IMG/VR virus record: IMGVR_UViG_3300023174_003901
Coordinates: 136,247 to 200,246 of that record
Reading direction: 5' to 3' (one strand)
DNA: 64,000 nucleotides
Origin: a virus
Lineage: Duplodnaviria; Caudoviricetes
The position numbers and the translations under genes were made by a program. Numbering within the stretch: position 1 is the first letter of the stretch; each line of letters begins with the position of its first letter. Shown here one piece after another: positions 43,696 to 52,481 of the stretch. The notes beneath the pieces are model-generated. The model worked only from the letters and a program-made list of their open reading frames with translations. It was not told the origin of the DNA and did no database searches.

Positions 43696-44577
43696 TTAGG
43701 CAAATGCTACACCATTGGCGCCGATGGCAAACCATTTGGCATTGATGTACATCAAGGTACAAGCATCACCAATGTCATTGAACGTAATTGTTCCTGAACC
43801 GCTTGATTTCCAGCCGGCATTTGAAACAGTGATCACCATGTCTCCAGAATCAGCATACATGGCAAACACTTTGATTTGTCCTGCAACTCCGGCTGCCAGC
43901 GTGGCAGTTTCTGAGGTAGAAGTTGAAAAATAACTGGTAGTTTTGCCCAAACTGGCGGCAGCACTTGCAGCCAAATCTTCAGAACTGGGCAAGTACAATG
44001 GATCTCTGTTGCGGTTAAGATCAACAATGCTGATTGCGGAACCACCATTAACCGTGGTAAATTCAAATATGAAGGTTCCTGTAGTACTGAAGGTGATTAT
44101 GTTTGAGGCATAACCTTGCAAGTTTGCAGTACCAATAGACACAGCGGCTGGCAGTGTTAGCGTATGTGCTGTGCTGGCCACGGTGATCCGCAACACAATT
44201 GAAGCCGCCACGCCCGAGGCAGGAAAGTTAGTAAATCCCAGTGTGACTGAACCCGATGTGGTTAGAGTTTGATAAGAGCCGTTGTCCCAATCCAGTGTAA
44301 CTGTACCTGATGTGGTACCCAACGGATTGACCGCTCCAGCAACTTGACTAGCCTCAAAGTTGTACAACAAACTCCCGTTCATGTTGTTGTCCAAAGTGGT
44401 TCCGGTCAACGCGGCTTTCAGCACAGCATTATTTTGCAGATCAGTAATTTCATCGGCTGCATATTGAAAGTTGGTTGAGGTATTGGTAAAATTGTCACGA
44501 AAGCCTTGGCTGTCGTTGTCTTGCCCGGCTACTGGATAAGCGCCGTCAATGTCGTTTGGGTTAATTTGGCTGGTCAT
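43696..44577 (-). CDS. putative tail/baseplate structural protein
   Basis: YPVAGQDNDSQGFRDNF N-terminus, T/S/G-rich beta body. Confidence 0.65.
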   Translation of the reverse strand: MTSQINPNDIDGAYPVAGQDNDSQGFRDNFTNTSTNFQYAADEITDLQNNAVLKAALTGTTLDNNMNGSLLYNFEASQVAGAVNPLGTTSGTVTLDWDNGSYQTLTTSGSVTLGFTNFPASGVAASIVLRITVASTAHTLTLPAAVSIGTANLQGYASNIITFSTTGTFIFEFTTVNGGSAISIVDLNRNRDPLYLPSSEDLAASAAASLGKTTSYFSTSTSETATLAAGVAGQIKVFAMYADSGDMVITVSNAGWKSSGSGTITFNDIGDACTLMYINAKWFAIGANGVAFA

Positions 44578-44589
44578 TTTTTTTCCTTG

Positions 44590-47199
44590 TTACACTAATA
44601 TATTCCGTCTGGGAAACACAAGATATTTATCGTAAACGTCTGTGCTGGAGTACATATCTACTGGTGCTTCAAATCTCATACTTGAAGCATCAAATGTGGT
44701 TATTTCACCGCTGGCTACCACAAAGTTAAACGTGGCTCCTGTGCCCGATCCAGTAATATCAGTTCCTGAAATACCGGTATAAGTGTCACCGCTAGAGAAA
44801 CGTGGTGCTTGACCTTGCAAGGTTACCAAGGTTATGTTCCCAGTATTGCCCACATCTTGCACTCTAATTGTGATGTCATTGATGCCATCATCTCCCCCAA
44901 CTTGGGATCCTAAAATTAAAATTTCATCACCGGGATAAACAATTATTCCGGTTGTACTACGCTCAATACCACGATATCCAGTTCCGCCACCGCCTCCAAT
45001 GGCAGTGACCTGGTAGTGCAAGAGCAAATCAAATGTGGTTGAATTTGGCACAAAAGGAGGTTGAGAACTGACCCATCGTTGAACAGTTGGGTTCCAATTC
45101 TTGGTCAACAATCGATCCAGTTCATAGCGATCAACTTTGAAGTCTACCCGGTTCAGTTGATCTCCATACTGCTGGGCTATGTTGTAGGCCACTTGTCCAG
45201 ACTTACCGGGCATGCAATAACAAATTACCCAGGCAGGAGTAAAGCCCAGTACTCGCCCGTTTGCCTGTTTGCTCAACATCCAACGTGGCAACAGTTTTGA
45301 AATTTGTCCCACGGTATCAATCACTTGGTCTCGCATGTTGATCAGGCTATTGGGATACACTGTGGCAATTTCTGTAGAGTCAAATTGATTGATTGGATAG
45401 GGCAAGGTCACACTCTTGCTCACGCTTTGTCCTGAATTGTTCACTAGATCATCAATGATACTGCTATACACCACTTCATACAATACATTGCCTGCATCAT
45501 CAAGTGCCCGTGCTGTTTGAATTGACCCCAGCACAAGATTTTTCCAGTAGTGATTGATTACCAAACTACTGACATAGGCTTCGTAGGTGGCCGCAGTAAG
45601 TCCATAGGCATGTTCATATATCACATTCTTGGCAATGCCAAAGTTGGGATCATCAATACGATACACCAGATCAACTGGAATAATATCTTGATTCTGAATC
45701 AACTGATTGATCAAATCTCTGTCTGCTTGTGGGGGCATGCATTTGATGTAGAGATTTTCGTAGGGTTCGTTGTACTCTCGTAACACAGTTATGGAGAACG
45801 TTTTAAACACACTGATCAAGCCATCTTGACTGTAGGCGTTTACTGTGAATGTGTATACGGAATCAAATGTTGTGGTGCCTTGGTCAAATGTTGTGGTTCC
45901 AAGATCCACAGCAAAGGTGTTGAAACTCACACGTCCTGCAATGTCTCCTGATGACAACAACTGTAGGCCTTGTGGCAACTTGTTGTACACACCAATGTTA
46001 GGGGAGGGATATGATCCTGGCATGAGACGATACTGCAAAAGTCGCCCACCCAAGGTATTGACTGCTGCCACATATAATGTACTGGTGCTGCCATTGATGA
46101 TAGTGCCAAGATCGGCGGCGGTCAACCAGGTAACATCGGTGTTGACTTGTCCAACCAGAGTCAGTGAGAACGTATAATTTTCACTGCGATATTGTGGGTA
46201 AGCGGCTTTTCTTACATAGATTTCGAAATTGTAGATATTTTCTGTGGCACCTTGATAGGGCAGGTAACCATATAACCAACCGGTTTGCAGATCAAGAGTG
46301 GTACCAGGCGGCAATGCACTTGTGGATCCATCAGTTTGATATTCTAAATATTCAATAGCATCGCTATCGAAGTCTAGGCCAATAAACTGATAGGCCCAGA
46401 AATTGTCACTACGAACTTGTCCCAAGTCGCTGGGCTCAGAGTTGACCAAGAATGGTAGATATACATTGGTTTCATCGGCAGTGACAAAAGTGTTGTCTGC
46501 TGTGATATCTATTGTGTCAGCCGTTAATGAACTACGGCTATAAACATAAATCTCAAATGTGCGTATGTTTGTTTCTCTACCATCATTGAGTTCCAGTGTA
46601 AATTGATAGTTGGTATTGAGACTATTGGTAGCAAAATCAAATGGGTATTGATCAAAAGGTGTGGCATCAAACCCTGGGGTTTGTTCAACAGGAACCAATG
46701 GCACAATGTATCCTGTGATCAAACCGGTTGGGCTTAAACTTAGTCCTGGAGGTAATGTACCGGCAGCCAATGATATCACAACATTGTCTCCAGGATTGGG
46801 ATCGGATATTTCAATTTGAATGGGAGCAATAGGTGCGCCGTCGTAGAATGTACCCACATTGCCTGCTGGAGTTACAAATACCGGAGGCACCTGTGACAGC
46901 ACAGTAAAATCAAATGTTCTATCGGCAAAACGTGGCGGAATTGAGTTGCTACTTGCTCTAATCACAAATCGACTGTCAACATTGTTTATACCGTTGATAA
47001 CATAAGGTATACCTTTTAATAGGCCACTTGTGGTACATTGTATACCTAAGGGCAAAGCACCTGCAATTGCTCTATAGGTCACTGCGGTAGGATCAAACGG
47101 ATCAGCAGGATCTGTTGCTACCAATTGAATTTGGTAGAACTCACCTTCGGGTATGGTACCCAAGTGGCCTGCGGCAGTTTGCCACTGTGGCTGTGCCAT
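44590..47199 (-). CDS. baseplate wedge-like protein with Ig/cadherin-like repeats
   Basis: Repeated G.LPPGL.L..TGLI.G motifs followed by Y.FT; located in the structural cluster. Confidence 0.65.
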   Translation of the reverse strand: MAQPQWQTAAGHLGTIPEGEFYQIQLVATDPADPFDPTAVTYRAIAGALPLGIQCTTSGLLKGIPYVINGINNVDSRFVIRASSNSIPPRFADRTFDFTVLSQVPPVFVTPAGNVGTFYDGAPIAPIQIEISDPNPGDNVVISLAAGTLPPGLSLSPTGLITGYIVPLVPVEQTPGFDATPFDQYPFDFATNSLNTNYQFTLELNDGRETNIRTFEIYVYSRSSLTADTIDITADNTFVTADETNVYLPFLVNSEPSDLGQVRSDNFWAYQFIGLDFDSDAIEYLEYQTDGSTSALPPGTTLDLQTGWLYGYLPYQGATENIYNFEIYVRKAAYPQYRSENYTFSLTLVGQVNTDVTWLTAADLGTIINGSTSTLYVAAVNTLGGRLLQYRLMPGSYPSPNIGVYNKLPQGLQLLSSGDIAGRVSFNTFAVDLGTTTFDQGTTTFDSVYTFTVNAYSQDGLISVFKTFSITVLREYNEPYENLYIKCMPPQADRDLINQLIQNQDIIPVDLVYRIDDPNFGIAKNVIYEHAYGLTAATYEAYVSSLVINHYWKNLVLGSIQTARALDDAGNVLYEVVYSSIIDDLVNNSGQSVSKSVTLPYPINQFDSTEIATVYPNSLINMRDQVIDTVGQISKLLPRWMLSKQANGRVLGFTPAWVICYCMPGKSGQVAYNIAQQYGDQLNRVDFKVDRYELDRLLTKNWNPTVQRWVSSQPPFVPNSTTFDLLLHYQVTAIGGGGGTGYRGIERSTTGIIVYPGDEILILGSQVGGDDGINDITIRVQDVGNTGNITLVTLQGQAPRFSSGDTYTGISGTDITGSGTGATFNFVVASGEITTFDASSMRFEAPVDMYSSTDVYDKYLVFPRRNILV

Positions 47200-49418
47200 T
47201 ACATTCTTCCTACAACTATTTCAATTATTCCTGAATCACCATTAAAGTTTACAAGTGCTTTACCAATCACGGTTCCCATTGCTGGTGTTGTACAGGCTTG
47301 TGCCCATCCATTGCCAGCAGATACCATCATGTCGCCTTTGCGCACCGGACCAATAACCAGGGTTGGCACACGCCCGGTTAGAGCCACTGCGGCACGGTGC
47401 TCAGCATCAAGTCCTGAGTTCATCAAGTAACTGGGCTTCTCTGATATTACACCAGCCACTCTTGGGTCGCTGGGTGTGATAGATTTTGTAACTTCTTGAT
47501 CGCCGCCAAAACTCACCACAGTACCAGGAGCGTACTCAGCATCTGCTGAGTATACCTCAGCCAAGTCAGCATACAATGCTGTGGTTGCTTGAGCAAACAC
47601 CTGATTGAAATACTTGCTGGATGATCCGATATTGCCCACTGCATTGCCGGCACCATTTATAATGGCAGTGGCAGCATTACCACTATTGATTGTGATAGCA
47701 CCAGTGGCGCTGATCAGTCCACCTGTTAAGAAATTACCGGCTGTGATATTACCCGAGCCTGAAATTGCTCCGCCGGCACCGGACGTAACAATATTACCGC
47801 CTGTGATGTTACCCGATGCACTTACTATACCAGTTACGTATGCACCTGAAGTAGCAAACACAGTTACGTTCGATGTTCCGCCAACTCCAACTGCAACGTT
47901 GCCGCCAGAACTGACCACAGTAACATTACTATTACCCAAATTGATATTAGCAACTGAAGTGATAACTCCGCTTAACAAAGCACCATTACCCAGGATGTAA
48001 CTACCAGATATGTTGCCAGTGGCACTTACGACTCCACCAAAAGATGCATCGTGTGCATATAAATTGCCTGTGCCTGTATCTAGAGTGACGTTTCCACCGG
48101 TAATGTTGCCAGTTGTAGATACTACTGCACCCAAGAAACTTGTGCCGGTTATGGTACTGGTTGAACTTATTAGCCCACCGGTCAAGATGTTGCCACCAGT
48201 TACGTTACCACTTACTGATACTACGGCACCAGTGAAACTGGCCACGTTCACAATGTTAGTGAATATGCCGTTGTTGGCTGTGACGTTACCTGTAACAGAA
48301 ACAAGACCACCAGTGAAACTGGCCACGTTCACAACGTTGGTAAACATGCCATTGTTGGCTGTGACGTTGCCTGTGACACTCACCACGGCACCTGTATGAC
48401 TGGCCACGTTCACAACGTTGGTAAACATGCCATTGTTGGCCAAGACATTGCCGGTGACACTCAATAAATTAGTATCTGACGCAAAAGTCAATCCGGAGGC
48501 GGCACCTGCATTACCATTAGAGTTAAAGAGTACCTGTGTGTTTGACCCAGGAACTGTTAGGTTACCAGAAATATTGCCGGCAAAGTTACCCACAAAATAT
48601 CCAGATGTGTTTATGTTACCGCTGGCACTTATTTGGCCACCTGTTGACAAGTTACCACCTGACACGTTGCCTGATGATATGATGTTGCCACTGGCACTGA
48701 CTATACCTGTTACATACTCGCCTGTGGTGGCAAATACTGCTACATTCGATGTTCCGCCTACACCAACACTGATGTTGCCGCCTGAACTTACCACTGTGAC
48801 GTTTGATGTGCCTGAATTGATATTAGCGACCGAAGTGATAACGCCTGTTAAGCAAGCGCCATTACCAAAAATATAGTTACCAGTCACATTGCCCGAGGCT
48901 GATACTAAGCCTCCAGTCAGTAAATTACCTGACTGTGTGTTGCCACTAACTGTGAGTGAAGTTAAAGAACCAACACTAGTAATGTTTGGTTGTGCGTTGG
49001 TATACACTGTGCCAGCAGCCAATGCATTGGCAACTTGTCCAGTGATATTACCTGCTGGAATTGAAGTCAATAATGACCCATTGCCCACAATGTAAGCACC
49101 TGTAATATTGCCTGTAGCACTAATCAATCCACCTGTGAGCAAATTACCGCCGGTGATGTTGGCAGTAGCACTAATCAATCCGCCAGTTCTTATATTACCA
49201 CCAGTCACGTTGGCAGTGGCACTGATCAGTCCACCTGTGAGCAAATTACCACCGGTGATATTGCCAGTAGCAGTCACAGTCACCGCATTGGTTGTTATAA
49301 AACTTCCTAGAGTGTTTGCTGTTACCTTGTAAGTTGCGCCGCTGTAGTCAGCAGGGACTACTGTAGCACCATCGATGGTGTTGGTATTGGTTAATCCCGA
49401 TATGGTTGTATCTGCCAT
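47199..49418 (-). CDS. tail fibre with GNITGGN repeats and a C-terminal chaperone/autocleavage-like domain
   Basis: Repeats xATGNITGGNLLTGGLIS; C-terminal ALYADLAE.Y...GTVV...GRVP...KGD...IGKAL. Confidence 0.75.
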   Translation of the reverse strand: MADTTISGLTNTNTIDGATVVPADYSGATYKVTANTLGSFITTNAVTVTATGNITGGNLLTGGLISATANVTGGNIRTGGLISATANITGGNLLTGGLISATGNITGAYIVGNGSLLTSIPAGNITGQVANALAAGTVYTNAQPNITSVGSLTSLTVSGNTQSGNLLTGGLVSASGNVTGNYIFGNGACLTGVITSVANINSGTSNVTVVSSGGNISVGVGGTSNVAVFATTGEYVTGIVSASGNIISSGNVSGGNLSTGGQISASGNINTSGYFVGNFAGNISGNLTVPGSNTQVLFNSNGNAGAASGLTFASDTNLLSVTGNVLANNGMFTNVVNVASHTGAVVSVTGNVTANNGMFTNVVNVASFTGGLVSVTGNVTANNGIFTNIVNVASFTGAVVSVSGNVTGGNILTGGLISSTSTITGTSFLGAVVSTTGNITGGNVTLDTGTGNLYAHDASFGGVVSATGNISGSYILGNGALLSGVITSVANINLGNSNVTVVSSGGNVAVGVGGTSNVTVFATSGAYVTGIVSASGNITGGNIVTSGAGGAISGSGNITAGNFLTGGLISATGAITINSGNAATAIINGAGNAVGNIGSSSKYFNQVFAQATTALYADLAEVYSADAEYAPGTVVSFGGDQEVTKSITPSDPRVAGVISEKPSYLMNSGLDAEHRAAVALTGRVPTLVIGPVRKGDMMVSAGNGWAQACTTPAMGTVIGKALVNFNGDSGIIEIVVGRM
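47560..47612. repeat. 53-bp perfect repeat, copy 1 (copy 2 at 49942-49994)
   Basis: gccaagtcagcatacaatgctgtggttgcttgagcaaacacctgattgaaata is identical in both fibre genes. Confidence 0.9.
48237..48440. repeat. 81-bp (27-aa) tandem repeat, about 3 copies
   Basis: actggccacgttcacaa starts at 48237, 48318 and 48399. Confidence 0.85.
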
Positions 49419-49429
49419 TTTCTATTTCC

Positions 49430-49570
49430 TTAAATTGTAATAAATTTGTCGCCCGCGAGCGTGGTAATATAAAGTCCACTTATAGTGGTAATATAACTAC
49501 CGCTGGGTGTGCCTCCTTGAAGTACCCACCCAGATCCTATTTGCCATCCTGATCCAATTGATAAACTCAT
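49430..49570 (-). CDS. 46-aa microprotein with IGxG N-terminus, missed by the ORF track
   Basis: MSLSIGSGWQIGSGWVLQGG...DKFITI*; GGAAA upstream; fills the gap between the fibre genes. Confidence 0.65.
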   Translation of the reverse strand: MSLSIGSGWQIGSGWVLQGGTPSGSYITTISGLYITTLAGDKFITI

Positions 49571-49580
49571 AATATTTTCC

Positions 49581-51542
49581 TTACAGTCTTCCTACCACAA
49601 TTTCAATTGTGCCTTCTACGCCGTCAAAATCTTCCAAGGCCTTGCCAATAACAGCGCCCGACATTGGTTCGGCTTCTGCACGGGCCCGACCACTACTGGT
49701 TGAAACCATCATGTCGCCTTTGACCACTGGACCAATTACCTGAGTGGGCACTCGACCAGTCAGTGCTACCACAGCACAATGTTCTGCTTCAAGTCCGGAG
49801 TTCATTAGGTAACTGGGTTTCTCGGATATTATCCCAGCCACTCTGCGACTGGAATCTACGGTACTTACGGTCACTTCTTGGGTGCCACCAAATACAACCA
49901 CAGTACCTGCAGAATATTTAGCATCTGCTGAATATACCTCGGCCAAGTCAGCATACAATGCTGTGGTTGCTTGAGCAAACACCTGATTGAAATAATTACT
50001 GGATGATCCAATGTTGCCCACAGCATTGCCATTGGCGTTTACAATGTTGCCTGCAGTTACATTGCCAGTGCCCACAGTCAAGTTGCCGCCAGTGATGTTA
50101 CCGGTGGCTGTGATCAATCCGCTGGTTAAGAAATTACCAGCAGTGATATTGCCTGTGCCTGAAATTGCTCCACCAGCACCGATTGTGGTAAGTCCAATTG
50201 ATGTAATGTTACCAGCAGAACTAATCAAGCCACCTGTTAAAATATTACCACCAGTGATGTTGGCAGCGGCTGATACTTGGCCACCTGTGATCAAGTTACC
50301 ACCCGTGATGTTGCCTGACGCACTTACTACGCCTGTTACATATTCTCCTGATGTAGCAAACACAGCCACATTTGATGTCCCGCCAACTCCAACTGCAACG
50401 TTGCCACCTGAACTCACAATAACAACATTACTTGTGCCTGAATTGATATTAGCAACTGAAGTGATCACACCAGTTAGTAAAGCGCCATTGCCCAAGAAAT
50501 ATGTGGCTGCGACGTTACCAGACGCAGATACCAGCCCACCTGTTGTGATGTTACCACCAGTTACGTTGGCAGTTACAGATACAACTGAACCCAATAAACT
50601 TGAACCAGTAACAGTACCTGTAGAACTTATCAAACCCGCAGTTAACAAGTTGCCACCAGTTACGTTGGCAGTTACAGATACAACTGAACCCAATAAACTT
50701 GAACCGGTAACAGTACCTGTAGAACTTATCAAACCCGCAGTTAACAAGTTGCCACTGGTTACATTGCCACTTGCACTCACAACACCAGCAATGATCAAAC
50801 CTGCAGTGGTCAATGTAAAGACGTTGGTCACACCGGCCACGTTACCAACGATGTTTCCGCCTGAGGCAGGAATATTCATTTCACTGGTGCCATTGAGCAA
50901 TTTGCTTGCCGCACCCACGTTGCCCGATGCAACAACACCAGTTAAACCTGCACCGTTACCTGTGAAGAATGCCGCAGTGATATTGCCCACAGCACTGACT
51001 TGTCCAGCAGTTATCACGTTACCACCTGTGATATTGCCAGTTGCCGTCACCAGCCCACTGGTTGCAATATTACTGCCCACAATGTTACCTGTCACTGTGG
51101 CTGACACAATATTACCGGTCAAACTCAGTTGACCCGCAGTCAACAAGTTGCTGACTATTGCGTTGTTGGCTGAACTATTGCCCGATGCTGTCACCGTGAC
51201 CGCAGTCACAGCGCCAAGACCTTGAATTGTTCCGGTACTGATCACAGTACCAGTCACGCTGAGATTGCCGAGAGTGGCCAGTCCTGACGAATTTAGGGTT
51301 CCTGCTACATTAACGCCGGTACCAGTGACTGTGAGCACATTGGCAGTGCCGGCTGAGGAAATAACCACATTTCCATTGACTAGAGGAATATTTACATTGC
51401 TAGAACCATTGGAAATACCACTTACACCACTGGTGGCAAAAAGTTGACTGAAATTGTTATTGGTTTTGGCAAATGCCTCGCGCAGTGGGTCGCCCAAGCC
51501 GTCATTTGGCGCAGTCCCTATATCGATTACTTCTTGAGTCAT
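49581..51542 (-). CDS. second tail fibre paralog
   Basis: IDIGTAPNDGLGDPLREAF.K.NNNF N-terminus (T4 baseplate/fibre-type), same repeats and C-terminal domain. Confidence 0.78.
   Translation of the reverse strand: MTQEVIDIGTAPNDGLGDPLREAFAKTNNNFSQLFATSGVSGISNGSSNVNIPLVNGNVVISSAGTANVLTVTGTGVNVAGTLNSSGLATLGNLSVTGTVISTGTIQGLGAVTAVTVTASGNSSANNAIVSNLLTAGQLSLTGNIVSATVTGNIVGSNIATSGLVTATGNITGGNVITAGQVSAVGNITAAFFTGNGAGLTGVVASGNVGAASKLLNGTSEMNIPASGGNIVGNVAGVTNVFTLTTAGLIIAGVVSASGNVTSGNLLTAGLISSTGTVTGSSLLGSVVSVTANVTGGNLLTAGLISSTGTVTGSSLLGSVVSVTANVTGGNITTGGLVSASGNVAATYFLGNGALLTGVITSVANINSGTSNVVIVSSGGNVAVGVGGTSNVAVFATSGEYVTGVVSASGNITGGNLITGGQVSAAANITGGNILTGGLISSAGNITSIGLTTIGAGGAISGTGNITAGNFLTSGLITATGNITGGNLTVGTGNVTAGNIVNANGNAVGNIGSSSNYFNQVFAQATTALYADLAEVYSADAKYSAGTVVVFGGTQEVTVSTVDSSRRVAGIISEKPSYLMNSGLEAEHCAVVALTGRVPTQVIGPVVKGDMMVSTSSGRARAEAEPMSGAVIGKALEDFDGVEGTIEIVVGRL
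49942..49994. repeat. 53-bp perfect repeat, copy 2
   Basis: Identical to 47560-47612. Confidence 0.9.
50554..50755. repeat. 99-bp (33-aa) near-perfect tandem duplication
   Basis: Units start at 50554 and 50653, one mismatch seen; encodes GNLLTAGLISSTGTVTGSSLLGSVVSVTANVTG twice. Confidence 0.9.
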
Positions 51543-51561
51543 AGATCTGTATCCTCTGCTG

Positions 51562-51567
51562 TATTTA
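51562..51567 (-). promoter_or_regulatory. late-promoter-like TAAATA for the fibre/baseplate operon
   Basis: Upstream of GAGGA SD and ATG 51542. Confidence 0.6.
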
Positions 51568-51595
51568 GCGGCAGAGAAGGTCTATGTGTTTTGGG

Positions 51596-51916
51596 CTACA
51601 CGGAAAAACTGCTTCCGCAACCGCAGGTGGTTTGTGCTTGAGGATTGTTGATTACAAAACTACTGCCCATGATATCTTCTTTGTAGTCAATGGTAGCACC
51701 CTGCAGGTACTGCATGCTCATGGAGTCGACCACTACCTTCACCTCTTCGTAGGCAAAATCAAAGTCATCTTCGTTTTGCATTTCGTCAAAAGTGAATCCA
51801 TAACTCATGCCCGAACAGCCGCCACCCTGCACAAACACTCGGAGCATGAGATCAGGGTTGCCTTCTTCAGCCACAAGTTCACGAAGTTTCTCAACTGCGC
51901 CAGATTCTAGTTTCAT
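51596..51916 (-). CDS. erpA: A-type Fe-S carrier (ErpA/IscA/HesB)
   Basis: [17 protein letters not shown]...[13 protein letters not shown]...[11 protein letters not shown]. Confidence 0.92.
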   Translation of the reverse strand: MKLESGAVEKLRELVAEEGNPDLMLRVFVQGGGCSGMSYGFTFDEMQNEDDFDFAYEEVKVVVDSMSMQYLQGATIDYKEDIMGSSFVINNPQAQTTCGCGSSFSV

Positions 51917-51928
51917 AATGTACCTACT

Positions 51929-52471
51929 TTATAGTCTATCAGAACAAACGTCCCAATTGATGATACGCCAGATATTGTCCAGGTATTTTTCTTTTTCCCA
52001 CTGGTAGTCCAAGGCCCAAACATGTTCCCACCAGTCAATAAGTACGCATATATCTGTACGCACTGCATGATTGCGAATGGTTTTGATTTCACCACCGGTG
52101 CTCAAATACACCCACCCAGAACCTTGGATCTTCATTGCGACTTTTTTAACTTCATCCTGGAAGTTTTCGTAACTCTTGAACTTGCGTTCAATCAGTTCCA
52201 GTACAGCACCACGTGGGCGGTTGTTGCCTTTGGGAGGTTGCAATTGTGGAAAAAACTTGTTGTGTAAGAAACTGCCAGCACGATTGAAATCTGAATCACC
52301 TTCGCCGGCGTTGTAGCGTTTGGCATAGCCCTTGGCCAAATGCTCATAATGATAATTGATACTGTCTCCGCTGAGCACAGGATTTAGGTCGTCTTCACCG
52401 TATGGCAAAGGGATTGTTTCCAATTTGGCTGGACGGGTTGTTGCTTCTAATAAATCGATGTGTTTGCGCAT
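51929..52471 (-). CDS. sod: Fe/Mn superoxide dismutase with a capsid-targeting-like leader
   Basis: Start revised to 52471; LPY...L.P...YHYEH; LHNKFF; GSGWVYL; DWWEH..ALDY. Confidence 0.88.
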   Translation of the reverse strand: MRKHIDLLEATTRPAKLETIPLPYGEDDLNPVLSGDSINYHYEHLAKGYAKRYNAGEGDSDFNRAGSFLHNKFFPQLQPPKGNNRPRGAVLELIERKFKSYENFQDEVKKVAMKIQGSGWVYLSTGGEIKTIRNHAVRTDICVLIDWWEHVWALDYQWEKEKYLDNIWRIINWDVCSDRL

Positions 52472-52475
52472 GTTG

Positions 52476-52481
52476 TATTTA
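52476..52481 (-). promoter_or_regulatory. late-promoter-like TAAATA
   Basis: 4 nt before ATG 52471. Confidence 0.6.

Noticed and set aside
47605-51132. Long plus-strand ORFs (up to 373 aa) over the tail-fibre genes
   Set aside because: Antisense shadows of G/T/N/V-rich repeats whose reverse complements rarely contain stops; P/V/L/T-biased, with no SD or promoter
47199-51542. Fibre repeats as a CRISPR array or DGR template/variable repeat
   Set aside because: Repeats are in-frame coding units without unique spacers; differences are not adenine-specific; no cas or reverse transcriptase in the window
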